From Dictyostelium discoideum (lineage: Eukaryota): a DNA stretch of 64,000 nucleotides. Every line of letters starts with the position of its first letter. The stretch's first letter is position 1. A program made the position numbers and the translations under genes. The stretch is from NCBI GenBank assembly GCA_000004695.1, contig CM000155.2:2816001-2880000 (forward strand). Reading direction: 5' to 3'. Below the pieces are notes generated by a model. It was not told where the DNA came from and did no database searches. It was given only the letters and a program-made list of their open reading frames with translations. Positions 14,538-25,032 of the stretch are shown here, one piece after another.

Positions 14538-15647
14538 ATGGAAGAAATAAATGAAGAATATGAAAGAATTAAATCATCAAAAAATAAAGAAGGTAGATTT
14601 AATAATCCATTCGGAGTTAGTGGTGTATTTCCAGGATTTTCAAAAGTAGTTAATAGAATTAAAGAGATACGTAAATTTCCAATCATACCATTAACAGAAG
14701 AAGAGAGAAGAGATATTCATCCATGTTTAAAACCAAATTTTGAATTGATTAAACAAGAATATGATTTTAAAACAACAATAAAATCAACATGGATTGGTCA
14801 TTCGACAGTGATTGTACAACTTGAAGGATTCACATTCTTGACAGACCCAGTTTGGAGTGATAGATGCTCACCATTCACATCGATTGGTCCCAAACGTCAT
14901 ACTGACCCAGCTTGTGCAATCTCTGAATTACCAAAAATTGACTTTGTTTTAATTTCACATACCCACTATGACCATTTAGATTATCAATCAGTTGTTGAAA
15001 TTTATAAATTACAAAAACCAACTTTCTACGTCCCATTAGGTATGAAACAATGGTTTTTAGATGCTGGTATATTTGATGTTTTCGAATTAGATTGGTGGGA
15101 AGAAATTAAATTTATTAAAAATGAAAATGAAAATGAAAATAAAAATGAAAATGAAAATGAAAATAAAAATGAAATAAAATTAATATATACACCAGTTAAT
15201 CATAGTTCACGTAGAGGTTTATTTGATAAAGATAAGGCACTTTGGGGTGGTTGGATAGTTCAAGGTGAATTTAGAAGATTTTGGTTCTCTGGTGATACTG
15301 CATATAATGATAAATTATTTAAAGTTATTGGTCATCATTATGGTCCATTTGATTATAGTTTAATTGCAATTGGTGCCTATGATAGAAATAGAGAAATAAT
15401 GAGAGCAAATCATATCGATCCACAAGAAGCAGTAATGATTCATCGTGAAATTAAAAGTAAACGTTCATTCGGTATACATTGGGGTACTTTTACATTAACA
15501 AATGAACCAATTTTAGAACCTCCACAATTACTATTATCAGAATCAAAAAAACAATCATTAAAAGAAAATGAATTTTTCGTTAGTAAAATTGGTGAAACTT
15601 CAATAATCAGTAATGATTTTAATCAAAATAATAATGATGTAAATTAA
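14538..15647 (+). CDS. NAPE-PLD-like metallo-beta-lactamase fold hydrolase (N-acyl-phosphatidylethanolamine phospholipase D family)
   Basis: HxHxDH metal-binding motif ISHTHYDHLD. N-terminal GRFNNPF. Downstream are conserved His/Asp positions (GDTAY, HWGTF). An (ENENKN)n insert is encoded by a (GAAAAT)n microsatellite. Confidence 0.7.
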   Translation: MEEINEEYERIKSSKNKEGRFNNPFGVSGVFPGFSKVVNRIKEIRKFPIIPLTEEERRDIHPCLKPNFELIKQEYDFKTTIKSTWIGHSTVIVQLEGFTFLTDPVWSDRCSPFTSIGPKRHTDPACAISELPKIDFVLISHTHYDHLDYQSVVEIYKLQKPTFYVPLGMKQWFLDAGIFDVFELDWWEEIKFIKNENENENKNENENENKNEIKLIYTPVNHSSRRGLFDKDKALWGGWIVQGEFRRFWFSGDTAYNDKLFKVIGHHYGPFDYSLIAIGAYDRNREIMRANHIDPQEAVMIHREIKSKRSFGIHWGTFTLTNEPILEPPQLLLSESKKQSLKENEFFVSKIGETSIISNDFNQNNNDVN

Positions 15648-15682
15648 ACATTTTTGTATAATATATATATATTAATAAAATT

Positions 15683-15995
15683 TTATTTAATAATTGTTAA
15701 TAATCTTTTTGGATTATTTATTAAAATATTATTAATATCAGTATCAGAATAACCAAACTTTTTCATTCTTGGTATAATATTGAATAGAATATGAGAATAA
15801 CCATGACCACCATAACTAACCAAACGATGTTTTGTATAAATATCATGAGAGATAACAATATTTTCACCATAACCATGTTTAATTAATTGATAAATCCATT
15901 CAATTCTTTGATTATCTGATGGCATTCCAACTTCACCACCAAATGGATAATGTGAAATTTCCATACCCTATACATATATATAAATTATAATATTA

Positions 15996-16035
<40 letters not shown>

Positions 16036-16887
16036 TGTATAATTATTTTATTAATTATTTACAAATAAATCAAATTCTAAGATACAACCAGTTTTGGCAG
16101 TTTCTAGTAGAATATTAATATCATGAATTGTACGATCAATGTGACCAATGATTACTCTTGATAAGTCTGCACCGGAATCTTTTAGGATTTGGATTATTTC
16201 AAGTGGTGCAGTTTGAGATCTACCTGGGTGGATTGAAATAGAGAGTCCGGTTCTTTGTTGGGCTTTTGCTGATGCAATTAATGACTTTTTTTCATTGTTT
16301 GTTAAGGGAAATGAGCAACCTACTTCCCCGATGATACCTGCTTTAATGGATGTATCATCTATACCTATTAAACATTGTTTAACAATTTCATCTTCCATTT
16401 GTTTTTCAGTCATTGATTGAACAAATTGTGAAATTGATTTATCTAAATAGTATCCTGCACCCATTACAATATTTATATTTAATTCTTGTGATACTTTTAA
16501 ACATTGGAGTGGATCTCTACCTATACCTTTAGTTGTCACTTCAACTATTGTCGAGCCACCATTTCTTTTAAACATTTCTAATTCCCTTATTGCAATTTCC
16601 ATTTCATTTAATTGTAAATTATGTAAATTCTTATTATAATTATATTGTACCCAATGATTATTTATAAGTGATATCTTTTCATTTGATAAATCTTCAATTG
16701 TTTTATTACTATTACTATTACCACTACCACTACCACCACCTAAACAACACATTTTTAATTCTTGTTCATTTGGTTTTTCAAAATAATCCAAATAATTTAT
16801 AAATATATGTTCATGCATATGTGTTATACCTAATTCATCTTTTTCTATTAAACCTTTAATTGTTTGAATTTTACCAATTCTTTCTGT

Positions 16888-16890
<3 letters not shown>
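15683..16890 (-). CDS. Phosphotriesterase-related protein (PTER, amidohydrolase superfamily). Two exons: 16063..16890 and 15683..15967.
   Basis: N-terminal GITHMHEHIF is the PTER metal-binding HxH motif. The downstream exon carries ISHDI and further family motifs. The GTAAAT donor and TATAG acceptor are in phase 0 and join ...EFDLF to GMEISHY.... Confidence 0.75.
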
Positions 16891-16926
<36 letters not shown>

Positions 16927-17282
16927 TATGAGGTATGAAAATTATTAATGCAGGAAAAAAATATAAAAAAATAAAAAATTAATTAATAATTTAAATTTTA
17001 GATGCCCTAAAAAAAAAAAAATAAAAAAATAAAAAAATAAAAAATTAAAAAAAATATCTTACAAATACTTTGTATAAAATTAAATTAGTAAAAATTTGTT
17101 TAAAAAAAAAAAAAAATAAAATAAAATAAAATAAAGAAGAAAATCTTTGGAATCTAATTTTATTATTTTTAATAATTAAAAAAAGGGATTTTTTTTTTTT
17201 TTTTTTATTTTTTAAAGTAAAAAGTTTTTACATTAAAAATTGATTAGATTTTTTAAAGTTGAAATCTTAATTCTATTAAAAT

Positions 17283-17316
<34 letters not shown>

Positions 17317-17625
17317 TTTTGGCTAATTAAATTTTAAATTTTTTTTTATCCGTTAGTTTAAAAAAAAAAAAAAAAAATCTATTTTTTATTTTGCGCGTGT
17401 TTGGATAAAAATATAATTTTAAAAAAACACTTTTTCCACCAAAACAAAAAAAAAAATTTTTTTTTTTTTTATTTTCCACTTTTTTTTTTTTTCATATTCA
17501 TTTTTTTATATATATATATTTTTTTTTTTTTTACTTTATAAGGAGAAACATTTAATTATTATTCTCAATATTAAAAAATAAAATTTTTTAAAAAAAAATA
17601 TAAAAATATAAAAGAATATAAAAAA

Positions 17626-19611
17626 ATGATAAATAATAATAATAATAATTTTAATTATGAAAATAAAGAAAATCAATATAATCATACCCCTGTTAACAGA
17701 AGTAACAGTGGTGGATTTGAAAAATCAACACCATTATCACCATTATCACCTCAACCAATGATGATGTCACCAAAAACCAATGGTTCAACAAAAACACCAT
17801 TATCACCATTATCACCAAATGATAAAATGGTTTTATCACCACCAAAATCAATAAATAATAATAATAAATTAAATTTAATGGGACCACCAAGTGGAATTCC
17901 ATTAAAAAGACCAACTAGTAATTTATTTGAATATGTTTCAAAACAAATTACATCAAATTCTTTAAATTCAACTACTATTGTATTACCAACTTCAACTTCA
18001 AATGAAAATTTAAATTTATATAATAATAATAATAATAATAATGAATTTTCATTTCCAACACCACAAAGTGTACCTTCAACATCAACAACAACAACAACAC
18101 CAACAACATCAAATAATAATACACCAATACCAACACCAACATTATCAAGAAATAATACATTAAATAGAAGATCAGCACAACAACAACAAGCTAACAAAAC
18201 ATTTTCAAAAACTGGTGAAGAAGATTATTTTTCAACTAAAAAAAGAGAAGATAGAAAAAGTACTCAATTACTAAGACAAAGTAGTAAAAGAGATATGTTA
18301 ATTCAAGCTTCAAGACAATTAAATCAAAGATCATCACCACCAAAACAACAACAACAACAACAACAACAATTACAAAAACAACAAGAAGAAGAAGAATTAC
18401 AAAAACAATTAAAACAAATTAATGAAGAACAACAAAAATTATTACAAGAAAAGAAACAACAACAATTACAAGAATTTTTAATTAAAGAAAAGAAAAGAAC
18501 AGAATCTATTAAGGAGGTTTATACATCAGAGTTTGCATATATTGGTCATTTGAATACAGTGATTGATCAATATCTGCTACCATTGCGTAGAGAGTATTCT
18601 GCACCTGAAGAGGTTAGATTAATTGTATCGATCTTTTCAAATATTGAAAGTATTAGATCAATTAATAAATCCATGCTATTGGATAGGGTTGGTGAACGTA
18701 TTAGTAATATTGGTAGTTCGACAAATACAAGTTTAAATGTAATCATCTCTGATCTATTCTTGGCATTGATTCCATCGATTTCAAATATTTACATTGAATA
18801 TTATGTAAACTATTATCGTTCTTTACATAGTTTAGATTATTGGTTCAATAAATGTAAAAAGTTTAAAAAATTCTTGGATCATGATTCAATGATTTTAAAA
18901 TCATTATTAATTATGCCAATTCAACGTATTCCAAGATATTCTCTACTATTGGATGCTATCATTCGTTTTACAAATCCAACTCATCCTGATTTTCAAAATT
19001 TAAATTTGGCTTTAGAAAAAATGAAACAATTAACTGAAATTATTAATGAAAAAATTCGTCATTCTGAATTAATTCAAAGAGTTACAAATATTAGATTTAA
19101 ATTTAATGATACAATTGGTGTAAGTATTTTTTTTTTTTTTTTTAAATTTATATTTTTATTTATATTTAAAATTATTAATAAATAATTTTTTTTTTTTTAA
19201 AGTTTTTGGATCAAACACATAGAATTTTAATTAAAGATAGTGGTGATAATACACTTCAATTACAACCATTTAAATGTGTTAGTATGTATAATAGCAACAA
19301 TAATAATAATAATAATGAAAATTTAATAGAAGAAGAAGATATAAATAGTAAAGAAAGTGATGATTTAACAGATGAAGAAGAATACAATAGTGGTTTAATT
19401 TTAAATACATCTTTTAAAAGATCATTGTCTTCAATTCCTCAACAATCACAAATTAAAAAAAGTTCTAATAATAGTATTTTAAAGAAATCATCATCAATGA
19501 TTACATTAGTACCAAGTGATTGTGTACTTTATTTATTTAATGATACATTATTATTAGGTACAACTTCTCAAAATAATATAAATAATAATAATAATTTAAA
19601 TGAAGATTCAA

Positions 19612-19653
<42 letters not shown>

Positions 19654-20198
19654 GTAATAATAATGGTAATAATAATGGTAATAATAGTAATGGTAATAGT
19701 AATAATAGTAATGGTAATAATAGTAATAATAAATATAATGTTGTTTTAAAATCAAAATTAGTTGAAATTTTTATAAAGGATTATACAAAATTAGCACCAA
19801 CTATATTTTCAATTCACCATAATAGTGGCACTTATTTAATATCTTGTCAAAATATTGAACAACGTGAAACTTGGGTTAAAGCTATTTTAGAGACAATAGA
19901 GAAATTAATTTCACAAGATAATGAATTGGCAATTAGAAGAAGTAAAATCTCTTTAAAAGGTAGTGATGAATATGGTTGGTATGCTTTCGATTCAGAATGT
20001 CAATCTCAAGATGCAAACCTAATTTCACGTTCTCTTCAAGAGTTGGAGAAGAATCAAGTTTTCACTCCAAAGAAACGTAAATCAATGATTGGTAAAGTAA
20101 AACAAAGAATGTCAAGTGCTTTATCTTCTCCTCATAAAAATCAAAATGTAAAAAGAAATTCTTCATTTGTTTTAAATTCATTATGTAATTATGACTAA
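17626..20198 (+). CDS. Rho guanine nucleotide exchange factor with DH and PH domains. Two exons: 17626..19119 and 19203..20198.
   Basis: The DH domain is EVYTSEFAYIGHLNTVIDQYLLPL ... LLIMPIQRIPRYSLLLDAIIRF. A PH-like domain is in exon 2. The GTAAGT donor is at 19120 and the TTTAAAG acceptor at 19202, phase 0. Poly-Q/poly-N tracts are present. Confidence 0.75.
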
Positions 20199-20204
20199 AA
20201 TCTA

Positions 20205-20242
20205 AAAAAAAAAAGAAAAAGAAAAAGAAAAAGAAAAAGAAA

Positions 20243-20274
<32 letters not shown>

Positions 20275-20340
20275 AAAAGAAAAAAGGAAAGAAAAGGAAA
20301 GGAAAAGAAAGGAAATCAAAAAAAAAAAAAAAAAAATCAC
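20205..20340. repeat. (AAAAAG)n / purine-rich microsatellite in the RhoGEF 3' UTR
   Basis: Direct observation. Confidence 0.9.
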
Positions 20341-20471
20341 CTTTGAAATCATTTTAAAAAAAAAAAAATAAGAAACAAATTTACAAAAAAAAAAAATTAA
20401 CCAAATTTAATATTTTTGGTTAAATATATATAATTAATTTAAGAATAAAAAAAGTTAATTCTTTTTTTCAA

Positions 20472-20790
20472 AATAATGCAACTTCACTAAGGTTTTTTTT
20501 TTTTTTTTTTTTGAATTGGATAACGCAATTATTAGTTGCTTCTCCTTGAGTTTAAAATTTTTAACTCTATTAAAATGAGAAAAAGTAGGAGAAGCAGGTA
20601 TCGATTGCATTTTCCTTTTAAATAAAGGGAGAAAAAAAGTGACGCCATTCTTATTAAAATAGTTTATTGACAAGTAAACATTAAATCATAATCATTTAAA
20701 ATAATAGTTAATGCAACTTCACTAAGGTTCTTTTTTTTTTTTTTTGAATTAATTATTAGTTGCTTCTCCTTGAGATATAATTTTTTAACT
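20472..20790 (-). mobile_element. Two tandem 3'-terminal fragments (about 235 bp each) of a TRE-type tRNA-targeted non-LTR retrotransposon. Each is a C-module-like tail ending in oligo(A) on the minus strand. They lie about 80 bp upstream of tRNA-Leu.
   Basis: The motif TGCAACTTCACTAAGGTT-T(15-19)-GAATTGG(ATAACGCA)ATTATTAGTTGCTTCTCCTTGAG is seen twice here. It recurs at 21841, 22862 and 24131. On the minus strand it reads ...CTCAAGGAGAAGCAA...CCAATTC-A(n), i.e. the element's 3' end. Confidence 0.6.
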
Positions 20791-20862
20791 TTTTTTTTGA
20801 ATGAAGTAACGCAAATATAATTTTTTAACTTATTGTTCTATTAAAATTATAATTTCAAAAAA

Positions 20863-20944
20863 GTAAGCTTGCCCGAGCTGGTCTAAGGGGTTGCATTAAG
20901 GCTGCAATATCATTGATACAAGGGTTCGAATCCCTTAGCTTACA
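20863..20944 (+). tRNA. tRNA-Leu (anticodon AAG), type II with a long variable arm
   Basis: It folds by hand. Acceptor GTAAGCT/AGCTTAC. A 3-bp D stem with a GAGCTGGTCTAA loop. Anticodon stem TTGCA/TGCAA with loop TTAAGGC (AAG, G37). Variable stem-loop TATCATTGATA. T arm AAGGG-TTCGAAT-CCCTT. Discriminator A. Confidence 0.85.
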
Positions 20945-20974
20945 ATATGTTTAACAAATGAAACTTAAAGTCGT

Positions 20975-20985
20975 GTGTTCGATTC
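20975..20985 (+). promoter_or_regulatory. External B-box (ex-B, GTGTTCGATTC) about 30 bp downstream of tRNA-Leu
   Basis: It matches the TFIIIC B-box consensus GGTTCGANTCC outside the tRNA body. Extra downstream B boxes are a known feature of Dictyostelium tRNA genes. Confidence 0.55.
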
Positions 20986-21585
20986 TATCTAAAGATTAGA
21001 AAGGTCTTTGAGCAAAGAGAAAAAAGTTTTTAAGTTTACATTCAGGAAGGCCACAAATTATCAAGAATCCAATAGATTGATTCAACCCATTGTAGTCTCC
21101 TTACCAGTCATATAATCAACAACAGTTTCATAATTTATTTTATCAATTTAATTCAATTAAAATACTGGTTAGAATTTAATTTCAGTCAAAATCCAAATTG
21201 GTTACTTTATTTTCAAATTACTAAATTCAAATTAATATATAGTTAATTTAAATAAACTCATTTTTATAAAATAGAATTAAAACCATTATATACTTCAGTT
21301 AATTTATAATTCAATTAATTTATTAAATAAATATATAAACAAACAAATAAATAAAAAACAAATAAATAAAAAACAAATAAATAAAAAACAAATATAATAA
21401 ATAAATAAAAAAATAAATAAATAAATAAATAAATAAAAAAATAAAAAAATAAACAAATAAATAAATAAATAAGTAAAGTTTAATTAAATATATTAATAAA
21501 AAAAAAAAAGAAAAAAATATTAAAAAAGATTCAACCAACCACTTCTGCTGCATAATCATGTAGTAAACAAAAAAACCATCAGCAT

Positions 21586-21640
21586 GTCAGGTTGGCTGAG
21601 TTGGTAGAGTGTAGGCCTCATAATCCTAAGGTAGAGCCCA
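21586..21640 (+). pseudogene. Truncated tRNA-Met(CAT) pseudogene. It covers only the 5' two-thirds and has D-stem mismatches. It was duplicated together with about 10 bp of 5' flank from the copy at 24201.
   Basis: GTCAGGTTGGCTGAGTTGGTAGAGTGTAGGCCTCATAATCCTAAGGT aligns to the intact gene but diverges after position 47. The upstream CCATCAGCATG matches CCATCAACATG upstream of the intact copy. Confidence 0.6.
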
Positions 21641-21825
21641 TTTTTCCAATTTTAACCTATAAATAATAATTAGGCCACTCAATTAAATAAAAATAGAAAA
21701 AATAATTGACACACATTTAAGATATGTTAGTGAAAGTCTGTTTCATTATAAAAGAAATATCACTTTATTTTTTTTGAATTGGAAAAGGCAATTATAATTA
21801 GTTACAAAGTTAAAAAAAAATCCCT

Positions 21826-21956
21826 TTTTTTTTTTTTTTTTTTTTTTTTTTGAATTGGATAACGCAATTATTATTTGCTTCTCCTTGAGATGCTAGATCT
21901 CATTTTATTTTATTTTTTTTTTTTTTTACAGGGTCTCTAAAAGAGGGGTTGGTTTA

Positions 21957-21987
<31 letters not shown>

Positions 21988-22286
21988 GGTTCCGAATTTT
22001 GAATTGTATTATTACTTTTGATTAAAACATCTTTTTTTGTCCAAACTTTTTTCTAAATCTTTTTTTATTTTATGGGCTGGTTCGGGATTGATGTTTATGA
22101 CGTATTTGAATTGTTTTTTTTTTAATTGAGTTTTATCCACAATTTCCCTTTTTTTTTGAGGCCATTTGGGTTGCTTAATATTTGGGGGGGTGGTTGGGAT
22201 TTTCCATTTTATTTTCTTTCTATCTTTTTTATTTTTCTTTAAAAAGTTAAAAATCTGGAAATTTTTTGATTAACTTGGGTTCCCAG

Positions 22287-22353
<67 letters not shown>

Positions 22354-22860
22354 TTATAGAAAGTACTGAGTGAATTATTGTATTTTTTGAGATGTTTAGG
22401 AAGTTCTATTGCGTGAAGAGGTGAGTTCCATTGTCTGCTAAATTGTAATAGCTTTAGCGAGATTAGTGAGTCTAATTTATTTTGTTCTTCTGGCCGTTGC
22501 TTTGATTTGATTCTTAATGTTTTGTTTATAACCGCTTGTGTCCTGTCCCATGCAGCTCTTTGTGTTTTAATTAGTTCACGTATGACTTGTTGTCTGTGAA
22601 TTATTATTTCTTTTTCATCGTGAATGAGTTTATTTCTTTTGTGCCAGATTTTATCGAATATAATAGCTATTAAATTGGCTACTAGTGCAATTTGTAGATG
22701 GTTTAAAATCTTCACATTCCAGGTGTGAGTGGTGTGTCCACACTTAGTTAGGGTGTAGTTGAAGATTTCTTGTGTGTTTTTGATGTGGGCTTTGCAGTTG
22801 AAGAATATATGTTCTGAGGTCTCATCTTCCCCACAAATTTTAATTACAAAACTTTTTTTT
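21826..22860 (-). mobile_element. 5'-truncated TRE-type non-LTR retrotransposon copy A. It has an ORF2 C-terminal fragment with the CX2CX7HX4C zinc knuckle, an A-rich tract, a C-module and an oligo(A) tail.
   Basis: Minus-strand ORF 22350..22715 is near-identical to the C-terminal 121 aa of copy B. Upstream it reads ...CGEDETSEHIFFNCKAHIKNTQ, then a poly(A) run (plus 22270-22349 poly-T), then C-module sequence shared with 22900-23100. The oligo(A) end is at 21826-21847. Confidence 0.65.
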
Positions 22861-22861
22861 T

Positions 22862-23256
22862 TGAATTGGATAACGCAATTATTATTTGCTTCTCCTTGAG
22901 ATGCTAGATCTCATTTTATTTTTTTTTTTTTTTTACAGGGTCTTTTTGATTAAAACATCTTTTTTGTCCAAACTTTTTTCTAAATCTTTTTTTATTTTAT
23001 CGTCTGGTTCGTGATTGATGTTTATGACGTATTTGAATTGTTTTTTTTTTTTTTTAATTGAGTTTTATCCACAATTTCGCTTATTTTTTGTAGGCACCTG
23101 TGCTGCTTAATATTTGTGGTGTTCCAATTGCATCAACAAACCATTATCTGTNNNNNNNNNNNNNNNNNNNNNNNNNNNNNNNNNNNNNNNNNNNNNNNNN
23201 NNNNNNNNNNNNNNNNNNNNNNNNNNNNNNNNNNNNNNNNNNNNNNNNNNNTTTTT

Positions 23257-23316
<60 letters not shown>

Positions 23317-24068
23317 TTATAGAAAGTACTGAGTGAATTATTGTATTTTTTGAGATGTTTAGGAAGTTCTATTGCGTGAAGAGGTGAGTTCCATTGTCTG
23401 CTAAATTGTAATAGCTTTAGCGAGATTAGTGAGTCTAATTTATTTTGTTCTTCTGGCCGTTGCTTTGATTTGATTCTTAATGTTTTGTTTATAACCGCTT
23501 GTGTCCTGTCCCAAGCAGCTCTTTGTGTTTTAATTAGTTCACGTATGACTTGTTGTCTGTGAATTATTATTTCTTTTTCATCGTGAATGAGTTTATTTCT
23601 TTTGTACCAGATTTTTTCGAATATAATAGCTATTAAATTGGCTACTAGTGCAATTTGTAGATGGTTTAAAATCTTCACATTCCAGGTGTGAGTGGTGTGT
23701 CCACACTTAGTTAGGGTGTAGTTGAAGATTTCTTGTGTGTTTTTGATGTGGGCTTTGCAGTTGAAGAATATATGTTCTGAAGTCTCATCTTCCCCACACT
23801 GTTGGCATGGCATGTTGTATATTTTTGGTAGTGCTTTCAGTGTGTATCTCCATAATAGATCTCTACCTTTCATGTTTATTATTTTTTTGATTTCTTTAAA
23901 TGGAAGGTGTTTGCTATTAATTTTGGTCATTATTTCTTTTTGGCCAGGAGTTGGTATGAATTTGTTGTGTTCAGGAGATTGAGTTGTCATCATATCCTCG
24001 TATATTTTTTTTAATTTTGGGAGGTGTTCGTAGTGTGTTTGTTTATTTTGTGGAGTTTTTAATTGGGT
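22862..24068 (-). mobile_element. TRE-type non-LTR retrotransposon copy B (ORF2 3' portion of 226 codons, then internal poly(A), then a C-module). It contains assembly gap 23152..23251 and abuts copy A head-to-tail.
   Basis: ORF 23313..23993 ends with the retrotransposon ORF2 C-terminal zinc knuckle CQQCGEDETSEHIFFNC. It is followed on the minus strand by A(50), the gap, a C-module of about 190 bp and the oligo(A) motif shared with copy A. Confidence 0.65.
23152..23251. other. Assembly gap (100 N) inside the retroelement repeat
   Basis: Run of n. Confidence 1.
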
Positions 24069-24082
24069 CTAAAAAAAATCCC

Positions 24083-24095
<13 letters not shown>

Positions 24096-24117
<22 letters not shown>

Positions 24118-24121
24118 AATT

Positions 24122-24167
<46 letters not shown>

Positions 24168-24173
24168 GATCAA
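24096..24173. mobile_element. Minimal (extremely 5'-truncated) retroelement tail insertion, T30-GAATTGGT-A43, flanked by the direct target-site duplication AAAATCCCGAT. It lies about 40 bp upstream of tRNA-Met.
   Basis: AAAAAAAATCCCGAT occurs immediately left of the T-run (24092-24106) and again right of the A-run (24155-24169). The internal GAATTGG is the terminal heptamer of the TRE tail motif. Confidence 0.55.
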
Positions 24174-24200
24174 GCAGTAAAAAACAAAATTCCATCAACA

Positions 24201-24274
24201 TGTCAGGTTGGCTCAGTTGGTAGAGCGTAGGTCTCATAATCCTAAGGTCCAGAGTTCGATCCTCTGACTTGACA
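24201..24274 (+). tRNA. tRNA-Met (anticodon CAT, elongator-like) with an apparent extra C in the anticodon arm
   Basis: Acceptor GTCAGGT/ACTTGAC. D arm GCTC-AGTTGGTA-GAGC. Anticodon region TAGGT-CTCATAA(T)-CCCTA. T arm CAGAG-TTCGATC-CTCTG. Discriminator A. A T-run follows. It is 74 nt because of one extra nucleotide relative to the canonical 7-nt loop. Confidence 0.7.
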
Positions 24275-24391
24275 CTTTTTAAAATCCACAAATGACGATT
24301 AGTAATTAAAAAAAAAACACATTACACCGCTTTTAGGTAAAAAAAAAAAAAAACAAAACAAACACATAAATCAAAAATTTTTGTAAAATTC

Positions 24392-24462
24392 GCCGTGATA
24401 GTATAGTGGTAGTACATCAGATTGTGGCTCTGTTGACCCTGGTTCGATTCCAGGTCGCGGCA
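24392..24462 (+). tRNA. tRNA-His (anticodon GTG)
   Basis: GCCGTGATAGTATAGTGGTAGTAC... closely resembles metazoan tRNA-His. Acceptor GCCGTGA/TCGCGGC. Anticodon loop TTGTGGC. 4-nt variable loop. T arm CCTGG-TTCGATT-CCAGG. Discriminator A. No encoded G-1, as in eukaryotes. Confidence 0.85.
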
Positions 24463-24463
24463 C

Positions 24464-24469
24464 TTTTTT
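24464..24469 (+). terminator. Pol III terminator T-run downstream of tRNA-His
   Basis: TTTTTT immediately after the discriminator base. Confidence 0.6.
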
Positions 24470-24629
24470 AGATACTTTACGAAGTTCGGTTTGTTAAAAC
24501 CGAAAATAAAAATAAAATAAAATAAAATATAAAAACAATTTTTCGTTTTTCGAAAAATCAGTTTTACGTTTTTATACTTTCGCAAACAAATAATACTTTC
24601 ATTGTTTTAAATTATCTCTTTCATTAAAT

Positions 24630-24686
24630 AATGTGGTATTGTTAAATTTAACAATACCACATTATTTGGACCAATGGTTCGATTCC
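24630..24686. other. Perfect 34-nt palindrome (AATGTGGTATTGTTAAAT/ATTTAACAATACCACATT) followed by an orphan consensus B-box/T-arm (AATGG-TTCGATT-CCATT)
   Basis: Reverse-complement identity was checked by eye. GGTTCGATTCC at 24676-24686 matches the B-box consensus, but no intact tRNA cloverleaf can be folded around it. Confidence 0.5.
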
Positions 24687-25032
24687 CATTTTTGAAAGTA
24701 CAAACATCCAATTAAAAATGTGGGCTATTGTGATTGGGTGAATATTTTTTTTCTGAGATACGTGGTTGAATGATGAATTCCTCTGAAGTTTATAGCTTTT
24801 GTGGAACAAAATAGGTGAAAAACTCTCATTCTCAAATGGCACAAAACATAATATTGAAAATAAAAAAAACACAATTAACCAAAAAAAAGTTTAAAAAAAA
24901 AAAAAAAAAAAAAAAGGTATCTTTATAGAGTTTTATAATTTAAAAAAAACCCATAATATCTTTTTTATTTAAAAGAATTTTTTTTTTTTTAAATTAATAA
25001 AAGTACAAATTATAAATACAATATAAATTTTA

